NCBI RefSeq assembly: GCF_009914755.1
Contig: NC_060930.1
Origin: the human T2T-CHM13v2.0 reference genome, Homo sapiens
Direction: 5' to 3' (one strand)
DNA length: 64,000 nt
Every line of letters begins with the position of its first letter. Position 1 is the first letter of the stretch. The position numbers and the translations under genes were made by a program. Under the pieces are notes generated by a model, which was not told where the DNA came from, did not search any database, and saw only the letters and a list, made by a program, of their open reading frames with translations. Below are positions 1 to 13,329 of this stretch, piece after piece.

Positions 1-2363
1 ACCCCCACCTGGCTTCGTGTCTGCTTTCTTATGTGTTTTTGTTTACTTTTCTCTCCTCAGTCTTTCTCGTGGATATTACTCATATTCCTTAACTCCGTTT
101 CTAGTCCCTAAGACACTCTGGAAACATATTATCCTTGCCTGAAAGATTCCACTCATAATAAAGTGCCTTGCACTGAATGTGCTGTTAGAATCACAGGAAA
201 ACAGGTGTCACTGGAAGCTGCCCTGCCGGCCGGAATCCTGGAATAGGGCAACACCTGGAATGGGCCTTTGTTGGCTCCAGAGAATAGAAGCTGGTGGCTG
301 TCATGTGTGCCAGTCACCACTTACACTTGGGCATCGGCGTCTCACAGCAGTGGAAGATGCATGCTTGAAAGTGAACGAACAGTCTTTCTTTCAGCCTTCT
401 ACTCCTTACCCCCTTCAGTAGGGTCTGTAATTTGAAGATCCATTTCGTATTTCCCATGGCTGCTTGGTGGGTTTTGTAGAATGACCTGAATCTTAACCTT
501 TTCCAGCCAAAGAACAGGCATTTCTAGAAGAGCTTATTGATGGCAAAAAGGAAGAAAAAAAAAACCTTCACCAGGATATTCCTCCTGAGGAAAATGACTT
601 TTTAAAGCTTTTGCAATGCCGAAAAAATACAAATGTGTGGATATCACTTACACTTCCAATAAAAGATGACAGCAACGTGGACTCGTCAAGTGGACGCCAT
701 GGTCTCCAGGTGAAGCCACTTTCTATTCAGCAAAAGAGAGGAAATGGAGGGTGATAGCTGCCAGCACCCACAGTGCTCCAGATGCGGCCTGGGGCGGGTG
801 TACGCTCCCTTGCAGCTTCACACTGACCGAGGCAAACACTGCTATTGCAGCTCTTTTGAGATTAAACCACTAAGAATCTAAGAAACCAGATGACTGCCAA
901 GGCAAACTCAGCTCCTTCTCGCATGAGATCAGGGCAGAACCCAGACTGATTCCACAGCCTGTGCCTTCCTTCCCTGTCACGGCATCTTCTAGAGTTCTCT
1001 GGAATCCCTCTACTGAAGCTGAGCCAGAAATCTCTCTTGAGTGGAAGTGGAGCTGGTCCCAGGTGTGCCAAGCACCAAGCGAGGTGGCTGGAAATAAGAA
1101 TTAGGTCACAGTCTCCCGGGAAGCAGGTGGGGAGGCTGCTCCCTCGTGACTGCCATGTGCACCCCGACTCCAGGGAATGGACAGTGCCGACCGTGTTCTG
1201 AGGGTGCCCCGCTCTTGGTCTGGTGCCAGCACCTGCCTGGGCCTTGCCCTCTGCCTGCTGGGCTGGGATCTGATGCTGCGACCCAGCCCAGCACACCCAG
1301 TTCTGCTGCCCGCATAGCCAGAGGACTAGCGGACTTTGTGTGATGTGGCTGCTTCGTGACCCCCATTCAGAGAGGCTGACGGAGTGCGAGGGGCATGGCC
1401 CACGGGCCCACCGTGGGGTTGCAGGGCCAGGGCGCCGCCTGGCCTGGGCTGAGTAACGATGAGCTGCTGGGACAGTGGGGGCTGCAGCAGAGACCCAGGG
1501 TGGCTCGGAGCGTGGCTGCTGCACCTTCTCCCAAGCCTGGCCACTGCAGGGGACAGCGGTGGAGACCCTTCCATCCTGCAGCATTCCCAACACTGCACCT
1601 GCTGCCACCGGCGCACGCTGCATGCCAGGCAACAGGGACAGAGCCCACTCAGACAGAGCTTCCATCTCAAGCTTCAGCCTTGGACTGCTAATGCTAAAGT
1701 TGAGCTTTCACCATCAGCCCCAGTGCGGAGCCCCGGCAGGCTGCAGAGTCTGCCCAGCACCCCTAGTCAAGCAGGTGCCCAGTCCGGGATGAGAGCCACC
1801 CTGCATCTCCACGCAGCCCCACGTCCCCAAGTGTCAGGGCCTTATGTGGGCTGCGTCCTCCCTCTCCCAGTGCACCCCGCCAGGCTCCCCCCGTAGTCCG
1901 TCCTCCACAGGTTGTGCTGTGAGCTGGCCCCAAAACAAACCCTGCAGTGGGAGGAGCTGGAAGTCACCTGGGCTCCATCTCGCCTCCTCGTCTGTCACCC
2001 TCCACTCCATGCTCCTGGAGCTCTGGGCCCTCCCGGCCCTGCCTGCTGCCCCCTTCATTTGCCAGGCTGGCTTGTTTTCTTTTTTCTTGTGTCCACGTGT
2101 CTATCATTTTCTCTGGGGGCTGCATGAACTGCCCCTTCTTCTGGGCTCTAGAACATTTCTCGTCAGTAGGCTTGTGTGCTCATCTTCCCTATGGGACTAG
2201 AAATTCCTCCAGAATAAGGACCAGGCAGTGTTCATCTGTGTATCCAGAACCCAGACCTATGCTGAGAAGGAGATAGACATCCCATAAATATTTACCAAGC
2301 AAGCGAAAGAGAACGTCGCCTCTGACTGGCTAGCAGACATACCTTATCTTCTTCTTCCAGCAG

Positions 2364-2513
2364 GTGTGGATAATGACCAGGAGAGGTTTCCCAGGAACAG
2401 GTCCTCGACGATGCTTCTCATCATCAGCCTCTTCCTCCCCATCATGACAGCCCTTTTGGTCCGGTGGGCCATCCTCTTCTCTTACCTCACCAGCACGGAA
2501 GATTTGTTGAGAT
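2364..2513 (+). other. Candidate isolated transmembrane-coding exon of an unknown + strand (pseudo)gene
   Basis: Acceptor ttatcttcttcttccagcag; donor T|gtatgc; 150 nt open in phase 1: GVDNDQERFPRNRSSTMLLIISLFLPIMTALLVRWAILFSYLTSTEDLLR. Confidence 0.35.
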
Positions 2514-5513
2514 GTATGCACTCTAGTTTTTATTATTAAACCAAGAGTTGCTTATGTTTCTAGATAGAAAAGTATAATTGTTGGATAGATTTTTCAAAAT
2601 GCATTTTCCTGCCCAAGGGAATCACCGACCCGGAGGGTGTATTGCCGCCTGACAACGGCCCACGTGTGCCCAGCACTGGGCTGCCTCTCGCATTTGGCAG
2701 CCGGGTCCTGCTGGCGCCTCTGCCCAGCGCTCTCCCACCCAACGCCTGTGCTGTGAAGGCTCTCAGAGCCCACCCGGCCCATTCCTCCCAGGGCACCCTG
2801 AAGAGCACCCCCACCCAGCATGTGCTAGCACCATGGGGTGGCACACGAAGGGAAGAAATCAGTGTCTCATTCCTTAAGAGGCGCTTTAAAGTGTGTGAAA
2901 AGCATGCACTTGTGAGAGGAATTGCAAACAAAGCAACACAATGGGGCCTCTGCCTCCTCTTGCCAGAGAAACGTGTGCATGCACACGCAAACACAATTTT
3001 ACAGATGCTGCAAACAAATTTTCATCAGCACAGATTTAGCTTAATAAATTATAGTGTCTTCCTATGACAGAACGTCATGCATTGAATCGTGTGGAGAAGT
3101 TTTTTCAGTATATGTTGAGTGGAAAAGCATGGACATAGTATGTATATGGCAGTCACAATTTGGGTGGAGTGAAACAGCCGGGAATACCTGCGATGACGGT
3201 GGGAGCTGTCTCTGGGGTCATGGGCACCTGTAGTTTTCTTCTTGTGCTTTTGTGCATTGAAATTTTTTTTCTACAATGAATTTGCACCATATAAAAATTA
3301 GGACAATGACCATATCACGTGAGAGACAGAGTGAGCCGACTTCCCTGTCAGGCCCAGCACCGCATGGCTCCTTCGGGGTATGAGTCAGGTCTTCATATCT
3401 TGGTATCTGCAGGGCTCAGCCCAATATGTGTTTTTGAATAAATATATGTATTCAAAGCTCATCCTCTAAATATACTAACAAAATATGCAAAGAAAGTCTT
3501 ACCTCAATTAACGTTTGGAGAAACTTTGATTCAAAAGCACTAGCTCAGGGCCAGAGGGAACAAAGCTGAGAGTTCATGAGGGCCTGGCCCAGAGAGGTCT
3601 TTCCTTCACTGGGAGATTGTGGTTTCCAGGCCACATAAGGAAAAGTCGTCTGGAGTTGAACCCAAAGATGACAAAAAGAGCAAAACACTCATGTGTTCCT
3701 TTTTTTTTTCTTTTTTTAATCAATATATAATTGATGTAAAAGGAAACATGGAGATCATATATGTTCAGCTCAATGTGTTCTCACGCTTGCCCAGGCCCAT
3801 GTCACACCACACAAGGAAAGGCATAAAACACACTTTCCACCAAGCCAGAAAGTTCCCTTGGGCCTTTCTGATCAAATGCCCCGATTTCTATCCTTATGGC
3901 TTCATTTGCCTGTTCTTGGACTTCCCACTAATGGAGTCACACAGTGTACCATCTTTTGCCTCGGACGTCTTTTGCCTACCGTCATGTTTCGAGGTGCGTC
4001 CACCCCGTTGCCTGGATCAGCATCCATCCCCTCGCTACTGGGTAGCCCGCCATGGTGTGGCTGCTCCCCAATTTGTTGTCCACATCCCGTGATTTGACGT
4101 GTGGACGGTTCCCGGTCTGGACTGCTTTGCACGTTCCTGAACGAGTTTTTCCAGGGAGGTATATGTTCATTCCTCCTGAGGAAGTGAGTACCCAGAAGGG
4201 AATTGCCAGGTCATAGGGAAGATGTGTTTGAGTAGAAACCACAAACAGTTCCCCAAAGCAGCTGTCTCACTGTATACTCCCCACAATACTTCAGTCCTAC
4301 TAATGGGTGTGAAATGGTATTTCCTTATGGCTCTGATTTGCATGTCTACGGTAGCTCGATGCTGAGCGTGTTTTCATGCTTGCTACTCATGCACCATGTC
4401 AGGTCTTCTGCTCATTCCCCGCCGGCTGTTCATGTTGTTCTGTTGAGTTGCAGGGTGCTTCACGTTGGACGCAAGTCCCTTGTCAGCTGCATCTGCTGCA
4501 GGTATTTCCTCCCAGTCTGTGGTTTGCCTGCTCCTTTTCTTAATGCTATCTTTCCATGAACAGAAAATTTTAATTGTCATGAAGTTCAATGTATCGTGTT
4601 TTCCTTTTATATTTAGTATGTTTATGTCTTGTCTAAGAAAACTTAGCTTATCTCAGGGTCATACAGATTTGTCTTCTATATTTTCTTCTCGAAGCATTAG
4701 GGTTCTAAAATTTGTGTTTAGGTCTATGCTCCATGTCAATTAATTTATGTGTAGAGAGAAAGCGTTCAAAATTCTTTTCTGTTTCCATACAGATATCTAG
4801 TTTTCCCAACAGCATGTGTTTTAAAAGACTTCGCTTTCTTTATGTAATTGACTTGGCACCTTAGTTGAAAATAAATTGGCCTTACATGCATGGGTCTATT
4901 TCTGGACTATTTTGTTCCAGTGATGTATATGTCCATGTTTTTGCCAAACCCGGCTGTCTTAATAATTGTAGCTTTATAGTAAGTTGTAAACTCAGGTAGG
5001 CTAATGCTCCAACTTTGTTCTTTCTCCAAAATGTTTTGACTATTTTAGGTCCTTTGAATCTCCAAATAACATTTAGAATCATATTGTCAATTTCTACAGA
5101 AAAAACCTTCCAGAATTTTGAAAAACATTACATTGAGTCTATATCAATTTGGAGAAATTGACATCTTAACAATATGGAGTCTTCTGATCCATTAACATAG
5201 TCTACATTCCATTTATTTAGATCTTTTTCAATTTCTATCGGCAATGCTTTCTGAGATATTACATATATTTCACTAGATTTATTTTCAGGCATTTAATGTT
5301 TTTGATGCTATTTTAAATGGCAGAGTGGTTTTTAAATTTTATTTTATAACTGTTTATTCTTAACGTATGTAAATACAATTAATTTTTATTATTTATTTTG
5401 TGCACCATGACGTTGTTAAATTCATTTATTCTAGAGAAGGTTTTTTGTACATTCAGTAGGGATTTTTACATGTGCCATAATGTGATTTGTGAATAATGCC
5501 AGTTTTACTTTGC

Positions 5514-5604
5514 TTCTAACCTTTATCCCTTTTTACTAACTGTCTAGATCCTCTAACATGTTTCTAACCTTTATCCCTTTTTACTAACTGTCTAGATCCT
5601 CTAA
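5514..5604. repeat. 48-bp-period tandem duplication inside L1
   Basis: ttctaacctttatccctttttactaactgtctagatcctctaa at 5514 and 5562. Confidence 0.9.
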
Positions 5605-5730
5605 TATAATGTTAAATAGAAGTGATGAGAACAGCCTTGGTCCCAGTCTCAGGAGAAAACAATTGTTATTTCACAATTAAGTAGAATGCTTATTGTAGAT
5701 TTTTAAAATATTATGATGATTATTATTATT

Positions 5731-5847
5731 AAAGATGGAGTCTTGCTATGTTGCCCAAGCTGGTCTCGAACTCCTGGGCTCAAGCAATCCTCCAGCCTCA
5801 GCCTCCCAAGTAGCTGTGATTACAGGCGGGCACCACTGGGCCTGGCT
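5731..5847 (-). mobile_element. Alu monomer (FLAM)
   Basis: gtcttgctatgttgcccaagctggtctcgaactcctgggctcaagcaatcctcc. Confidence 0.85.
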
Positions 5848-6304
5848 CATGGTAGATCCTTTACAGATTCTCTTTATCACTTTGAGGAAGTTTTCTTCTA
5901 AGTTTGCCAAACATTTTTATTAGGAAGTTTGCCAAATGCTTTTTCTTCATCTGTGATAAGATCGTATGGTTTCTTTCTTTTATTCTGTTAATTTATTTCC
6001 TTTACTTCAAGTAAAAACATATTGTTCGGCTTCTTAAGGGGCTGAGATAAGTTTTGGTAAGCTTGCATATCAGATCTAAAGTTCCTGTCAGAAACATTCT
6101 TTAAGGAGAGAGGCTAACATACAGCTCCAAAAAGATGGTATTGCCACCATGCTGGAGTTTGCCCTTTCTTGCTGGCTGCATTTTCTTTAAAGTAAAAGTG
6201 GTGGTGAGAATAAAGGCCTCTCTTCCTTCCTTTCCCTGTAGATCATGGGGTCAGAAACCTGGGGCTACTTGGCCCACCATGTTCTCTAAAATGGACCCAA
6301 TGAT

Positions 6305-6450
6305 GAGCTCTATGAGGGCAGAGTTATTTTTGTGCCTTGCTCAGAGGGATGTCTCCTGTACCTAAAACAGTGCTTGGCATGTTGTTTGGTTTAATTAATA
6401 TTTGTTAAATAAATGAATGTGTGAATGAATGAGTTAGTGATTATGTGAAT
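6305..6450 (+). mobile_element. L2 3' end
   Basis: gagggcagag...cagtgcttggca...aaatgaatg tail. Confidence 0.6.
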
Positions 6451-6607
6451 GAAAGATTATGATTAAGTGGGTAAAATGCAAATTATCCACTTGGGACACA
6501 AGCATGTGACTGAATAGATCCAAGCACCATATGCACGTGTGGCTGGGAGACCCAGGAGAGTCACCTCGCAGTTAGATGTAGGGAAAGGCAGGCACCCAAA
6601 GGGCTCC

Positions 6608-6927
6608 TGTTGCCTTCTTGGGTTTGAGGATGCCCACATGTCCATTAGTTTTAGTTAACCCTAACTCTTTATGTTGCCTTCTTGTGTTTGAGGACGTCCA
6701 CATGTCCATTAGTTTTAGTTAACCCTAACTCTTTATGTTGCCTTCTTGGGTTTGAGGACATCCACATGTCCATTAGTTTTAGTTAACCCTAACTCTTTAT
6801 GTTGCCTTCTTGGGTTTGAGGACGTCCACATGTCCATTAGTTTTAGTTAACCCTAACTCTTTCTGTTGCCTTCTTGGGTCTGAGGGTGTCCACATGTCCA
6901 TTATTTTTAGTTAACCCTAACTCTTTC
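6608..6927. repeat. Minisatellite, 5 x 64 bp
   Basis: Units start at 6608, 6672, 6736, 6800 and 6864 (tgttgccttcttgggtttgagga...agttaaccctaactcttt). Confidence 0.95.
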
Positions 6928-6999
6928 TGCCTTAAGAAAAAATAAAGGTCAAATGTGCTTATTGTCATCCACAGCAAGAGAAAGGGCAGTGGGGGGACT

Positions 7000-7913
7000 T
7001 TCCTGCTTCACACCAACAGAGTGGAGTAGGAGTGACTCCACTCACTATCACCCCTAGTGACTCACAAGCAAAATGTTTGCTTCTCAGCTCTGACCTTAGG
7101 CTCTGCCAGACCAGAAGTTCTCATTCCAGGGGGAGGAGGGCTCCCACCAGCAGACACAACAATGATTCCATTGAACTGGAAGTTAAAACTGCCTGGCTAC
7201 TCTCAGCTCCTGATGCTTCTCAATCAACAAGCTAAGAAGGGGCTCTACTAGTTGGGTGACAGTCCTGAATACTAGAAGAAATTGAGCTGCTACTCCACAA
7301 TGGAGGGAAAGAAGAGTGTGTCTGAAATACAGAAAATTCCTTAGGGCATCTCATAGTACCACCATGTCCTAAGCTTAAGTTAATGGAAAACTACAGCAAC
7401 CCAGTTCAGATAGGGCTACTTGATGGCCCAGACCCTTTGGGGATGAACTAGTAAAGAATCGTGACCAACTGAGGTGCTTAGTAAGGGTACAGGAAATACA
7501 GCCTGGGTAAAGGACAAGAGCTGTTACAAATACCAGCTACAACCTTGGGACCAGTTACAGCTAAAGGATAAAAGGAGTCTGCGTATTTCTTCCTTATTTT
7601 GTTATGAATATGTTTGCATGTATGTTAATACAGTATTTTTGTTTTCTTCCTTTCCGTCTTTTTCTTATAATGTAACATAAGATGAATTAATAATAATAAA
7701 CTTTACTTGACTGTATTTAAGTTACAAGATGTCAAAAAAAAGTGAACATCAACCAAGAACTTCGTGTCCTCTTCTGGGGAAAGAGCTGGTGTATTGTCGG
7801 TTGTACGAAACTGTACCACTGGGTGCAGAGGTATGACTTCTTGTTGTCTTTATATGGAAACTAAGTATGGTTTAAAGAGCTGTGCATGAGTGCCAGGTTG
7901 ACAAGGGGAGGAC
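7000..7913 (+). mobile_element. ERV-L internal 3' fragment (dUTPase region and PPT)
   Basis: Peptide GGLPPADTTMIPLNWKLKLPG..LNQQAKKG, typical of ERV-L dUTPase; ends gttgacaaggggaggac immediately before the LTR. Confidence 0.85.
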
Positions 7914-8282
7914 TGTGATGGTTAGTTTTCTGTGTCAACCTGGCAAGGCTACCATCCCCATTAATTCATTCTATCAAACAACAGGTGTTGCTGTGAAGGA
8001 AGCCAATGTGATTAAAGTCCATAATCAGTTGACTTTAAGTAAAAAAATTATAACAGATAACCTGGGTGGTCCTGATTCAGCCAAAAGGCCTTCTGGGGAG
8101 ACCAGGGGCCTCTCAGGTGAGGAAAAGCTCCTGGCAGACGGCTGCTTCAGCCTACTCAGCCTGGTGTCTGCCCTAAGATGCCGGACTCACCTCACCTCTT
8201 GTTGCCCAGGCCAGCTCTCTGTGCTGAGTCAGTGTGTGCTTCCTACTGGCTCTGTTTCTCTCATTGAACTCTGACTGACACA
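7914..8282 (+). mobile_element. MLT2-family LTR
   Basis: Starts tgtgatggttagttttctgtgtcaacctgg; ends tctgtttctc...gaactctgactgacaca. Confidence 0.85.
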
Positions 8283-11200
8283 GATTTTGGCACCAGAAGT
8301 GTAGAGAAAAGCAAAATGACTGAAAGCTGAGAACCCATGCCAAAAAAGCAAGGACACTGAGCTCCATTTCACTTCAGAGAAATAGACCTGGGGACCCCCA
8401 AGCAGTAGGGACGGGGAGGTTTTTGCATCATATGGCAGAACGATTTTGGAACAATGTTTAAAAATCCCTGTTATTGAAGCCACAGTGGTCAATAGCGTTG
8501 GACTCAGGCGGTCTTGAACCTGCACCCGGGCTCAACTTGGACAGAGGCACCGTCTCCAGCAGGAAGTATTCAGTCGGTGATGGCTGCCGTTGGTGATTGG
8601 TATCCCCCAGGGATACCATCCATACTTGTTCTGTTGACAGGGGCTTCTGAAGACCAGGATCTGTGACTCTCTAAAGAGACATGGAAGGTGGCAGAAAAAC
8701 CTCCCTGGGCTCCCTAAACCACCCTCAGCTAAGTCCGCATCTTCGGGAGAGTCTGCTGTGTGGCACCTCTTTCAAGTGAGCCCCAACCATGCTCCCCAGG
8801 AAGCCTCTGCGTAGCCACCCGTTCCCAAGCCTCCTTTTGCTTGAAGAGAAACTTCCAAAGCCATTAAGTATTCAGGAATGGGTGTCCTAAAGTCCGTGAA
8901 ACTTGCAGGTTTGAATACAGAATTCAGTGTGTGTAAGCATATGTGCCTCTTTCCGGGGCAGGTTATACAGTTTTCGTCACATCCTCAGTTGCAACTGTGA
9001 AGTTGCCCAAGCCCCAGGAAAAAAAAGTGAAGAACTGTTGTTGTTTATTCTTAGAGGGAACATGATTTGCCCAATTCCCCACCCACAAACTTCAAACCCT
9101 TCAGACTCTTCTGTGGTTTCCACTGTACAACACTAAAGTTTCCAGGCAGGCTTAGCATGTCCTGGTGGTTGTGAGTTTTCAAACCCTATGCATCTGACTG
9201 CCACCTTAGATCCCAGGCTATTATTCTGCCGTCAGTTTTTCTTTGGGGCAAGAGCTGTGTTAGGTGACGACACACTGTGGAGGGTGGGGAGCTTATCTTA
9301 GGAATGCTCACATTATCTCAACGAATCCTAACAGGATTATCTCACCGATAAGAAAATTGAAGGACAGAGGGGATAAATAATCTGCCCCGGGTAATATGCA
9401 AGCTGAGACTTCAAACCAGGGCTCCAAGATTCCAGAGATGATAGGCTTTGGATCTGGGCGAGAACAATCCAGCCTTCTCATTTTAGAAATGCCGAAGGCT
9501 AAGGACCCAAAACCACCCATACACAGGACGTCACCCAGTGTGACATAGACGAGGCTATGACCAGAGCCCCCCATCCAGAGCTCTCCCCAGCCAACCACTC
9601 CCCATGTGGGCAGCTCCAAGCTGGCTCCAGGCTTCAGGAGAGGAAGCACTTGCTGACTCTCTCCTTAGACGTGGACATGCTGAAGTGAATTCCAGGCATG
9701 TTTTCAAGATCTCCTCGGACTGCCTGGATCAGAGGCTAGGGTAGTTATCTCTGCTTGAAGTATCAGTGGTGGAAGCCTTCCATCGGCTCCTCCCTTCATC
9801 TTGAAAGAATCCCGGGGCATCTGGTGGCTGGCCTCGCTCCGAAGATGGTGGGGACGAAAGCCTCTGGGATACACATTTTCTTCAGGGGCGGCCAGCTGTA
9901 AGAGACATCGTCCAATCCAAGGGGTGGCAAGTTCATTGAGCACAATAACCCAACTCCGCCACTGAGTGTGTAAGTTAGAACCCTGCCCCCACCAGGACAC
10001 AACTGTCTCTGAGGACGGTTGTCAAACGGCACTGTGGGAAGACTTGGGGACTGATCACCTGGAACTCAGAGTTCATGTCCCAGCTTCCCCATGAAATGCC
10101 TGCGGCACCCTGGACAAGCCGTTCCACACACGTCTGTCAGATGTGGGACTGGGCTCAAGCACAAGCTAGGAATTCCATCCCACTGGTTGACTGCATTGCC
10201 AATATTTTAAATTATGAAATTTCGTTTAAAAATCCAAATTGCTGGTTTCTGCTTTAAAACAAGAAGCAGGAGCAGCTCCAGCAGCCCAGGCCCTTCCCTC
10301 CTGCCTCTCCCTCTGGGCAGTCCAGCCCCAGAGCCCTCCCAGGCTCCACACTCATGCTTGCTGGGTGCTGGCAGGTCATACCCATCAGACTATCGTCCAC
10401 ACATCCTCAGCCCTCCCGGCCAGAGCTGGGCTTCACGACAGACTGGCGTCGGTCCCACACAGCGTCCAACCCCTGCTGAAGAAAATGTTCCCTTGGCTTT
10501 GGGGAAGCAAAGTTGCTCAGACCAGCAAAAAAGAGCAACTCTACTTTCAGGGGAAATATGTACCCTGTCTTTTCCACATTCAACCATAAAAATGTCTGGA
10601 TGTACTAAAAGTCTGCCGCTAAACCATGGAAATGGAGCCAGGCATCTCTTGAATGACACAAACCAGAGCCATCCCTCATGGCTTTGCGTTTCCCTACGCT
10701 TTTCTGAAGCCAAACACCAATGGCGTCTCCTCATGGGATGGTGATAAAGGCAAGAATCTCAAAATGGGACCCGTAGCCGCAGCCTCTGCTGAACAAGTCC
10801 CACCCCGGCGCTTCTGTCTCTACCTGGCCTCACCTCCCCCGGCCCCGAGCGGGCGTCTCGGACGAAGACGGACCCTGCCACTGTAGAGTGGCAATGTGTG
10901 TGCCGTGCCACACCTCCTTTCTCAAAACTGGCACAAGCCAGGGGAGGCTGGAAAGATGGCAGAGCCGTTTTAACCTGACTCGAAGAGACTCCAGGTTGTT
11001 TAGATTATTTTAATAATTGGATTTTATAAGACTTATGCTCTGGGGCTTTTTTAGTGAAGAACAATAATTTTTAAATGAACCTTGAAAACTTCTATAATAG
11101 GTGGAAAGAAAAGAGTCAGCTCTCCAAGTACGTTCCTTTTCCTGCCTCATCCTGTACAACCTAATCCTGCTGCTGTGCTTCCTCCTCGAGTCCTTCCAAG

Positions 11201-11760
11201 AACACATGACAAGATGTTTATCCACAAAGGATCTTAATCCCTTTTTGAGATTGCTTTGCAAACTTCCAGTCTTCAAGAGCTAAGTCTCTTATGTTTCTTA
11301 TTTGCCACAAGCTGGGCCCACAACGTACATGGAATCCTTGGGGAGCCGTTGCTGCCAGATGGGCTGGACAGGCACAGGGACTGCGGTGTTTGGGCCAACC
11401 TGGGCTGGACCTGGCGTCGTGTCTTTGGACGGACTCAGGGAACATATTGATTAGGGAATGGAGGACCGGGAGGAGGGAGACACTAAGCCAGGTGCTATTA
11501 GCTGCAGTAAATTAACGTCCTCCTGCTGGATCCATTATTGATGGCCACGCCATGCATTTTTAAACAAAATAAATAATGTACTTCGAACAGTGTCGATTTG
11601 TGCCTATTTACTGGTTGGATAGGTGAATTGTTGTACTAAAACAATTTGAAAATACTTTTTTTGAATTAACGCAATGTTTCGGTAAAGAGACAACAAATTC
11701 TTACTTTTAAACACTTCTTATTGTGTTGTGTGTTATTGTGTTGACTCCTGTCCATGCTGT

Positions 11761-11962
11761 GGAAGGGAGGGGGGGAGGGATTGAAGAGGGAAGGAAGGGA
11801 GAAAGGAAGGGAGAGAGGGAGGGTGGGAGGAAGGAGGGAGGAAGGAGGGAAGGAAGGGAGGAGGAGGAGGGGAGAGAGGAAGAGGGGAGGGGAGGAGGAG
11901 AGGAAGGGAGGGGAGAAGGAAGGGGAGGGAGGGAGGGAAGGGAGAATGGAGGGAAGGGAGGC
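11761..11962. repeat. Polypurine (GGA/GGAA) low-complexity tract
   Basis: About 200 nt almost purely G/A on the + strand. Confidence 0.95.
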
Positions 11963-12504
11963 AGGCAGTCACACTTAATTTCTACGCTCAGACTCGGCTC
12001 GGCGGTGTGTGTGTGTTCATGTGTGTGTATTGTGTGCACATGTGTGTACATGTGTGAGTGCTGGGAAGAAAGGGGAATGCATGAAAGAGATGGTGCCCGA
12101 CTCCCTCTCCCCAGCAAAGCTCTCCCTCTCCCCAGCAAAGCTCTGTCTCCCTCCAGGTGGAGAACAACCCTACCCTATGCCTATGGGTGCTTGTCACGAC
12201 CCCGGTGCCTGGCACTGGGCAGACCCCAAACTCTTTCTCTGCTCGGCTTTCTCGTCTGTACCCCGAGTCTCACCCGTGAACCAAACTGAACTCACCACAC
12301 ACATCCAGCAACTGCCCACTCCTGACTTCCAGTCCTGGCTGGGGTGATGCGGTTTTACTCACTTCACTGAACATGAAAATGTAGCAATGGTGTGCCAGGC
12401 GTGGGTGCACAGAAGGAAGTGAACCAGAGCCAATTCTGTGCTCACGGAGTGGAGCCCATCAGCTCCAGGCACGGGGGAGACAACGACCTTGTGCCAGTGC
12501 TGTA

Positions 12505-12645
12505 GGGGACCTCCCCAAACCACCAAGACGCTGAGGTCCCCAATGCCAGGACTGCAGGGGACCTCCCCAAACCACCAAGAAGCTGAGGTCCCCAATGCCA
12601 GGACTGCAGGGGACCTCCCCAAACCACCAAGACGCTGAGGTCCCC
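12505..12645. repeat. Minisatellite, ~2.7 x 52 bp, with internal 9-bp inverted repeat
   Basis: Units at 12505, 12557 and 12609: ggggacctc-N19-gaggtcccc. Confidence 0.9.
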
Positions 12646-12970
12646 GATCTGAAGTCCCCAGCCTGAGCCTGGGGCCGGGGCTCCAACGGGAAGGGGATGC
12701 CCCAGGGTGTTCCCTCTCAGAGCCCTCTGACCTACAGGCCTCTCCCGGGAAGCGAGGAGCCTGGGGTTCCCTCTGGAATGGGAAATGCTGAGACCCCTGC
12801 AGAGAGTACACTCTGAAAGGCCGAGAAGCATGTGTGGGTTGTTGCACCAGCCATGTGTTGCATCCTCTGCAACCAATGCTCTTAGCCATGGAGCAGAGGC
12901 CGTCGGGTCGGGCCCCACTTACAAGCACTGGCCACATAGATGAGCAGGCACGGGGTCAGTGCCGCCGCAG

Positions 12971-13077
12971 CCCCAGGCCCCAGGGAGCAGAGCTGGCCTG
13001 GCCAGGGTCACGCTGCAACCAGCTCCCCAGGCCCCAGGGAGCAGAGCTGGCCTGCCAGGGTCACGCAGCAACCGGCT
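12971..13077. repeat. Tandem duplication, ~54 bp x 2
   Basis: ccccaggccccagggagcagagctggcctg(g)ccagggtcacgc.gcaacc repeated. Confidence 0.85.
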
Positions 13078-13329
13078 GCAGCCCTTTGCTCCCAAACACC
13101 ATTAATCACCCTAAAGACAGCCTTCCTTCCACTTGGAAAGATGAATCATTCTCAGGGCAGTGGGAAAAAACACTCCCTCAGTTTATTTGATTACTTGAAA
13201 ACACAGGCGAGGCTTGGCTGATGAGAAAATGCTCAGGGAGTAAACCCAACTTCCATGGGCACAGCAAGGTACACCCGCGCGGAAAGTTATTACAGAGGAG
13301 GCCAGGACCACGCGCTCAGGGCGGGTCAG

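Larger units (their letters stand above)
3700..6000 (-). mobile_element. Old L1 (L1M-type) ORF2/3'UTR fragment
   Basis: Decayed ORF2 peptides RQTTDWEEI..DKGL and IWRFKGPKIVKT..KNKVG. Interrupted by an Alu monomer. Confidence 0.85.

Noticed and set aside
862-1665. 267-aa minus-strand ORF and overlapping ORFs
   Set aside because: GC-rich sequence with ORFs in several frames and no recognisable domain; expected by chance.
6608-6927. CRISPR-like array (also 12505-12645)
   Set aside because: Head-to-tail units with no unique spacers, no cas genes, and a primate genomic context: these are ordinary minisatellites.
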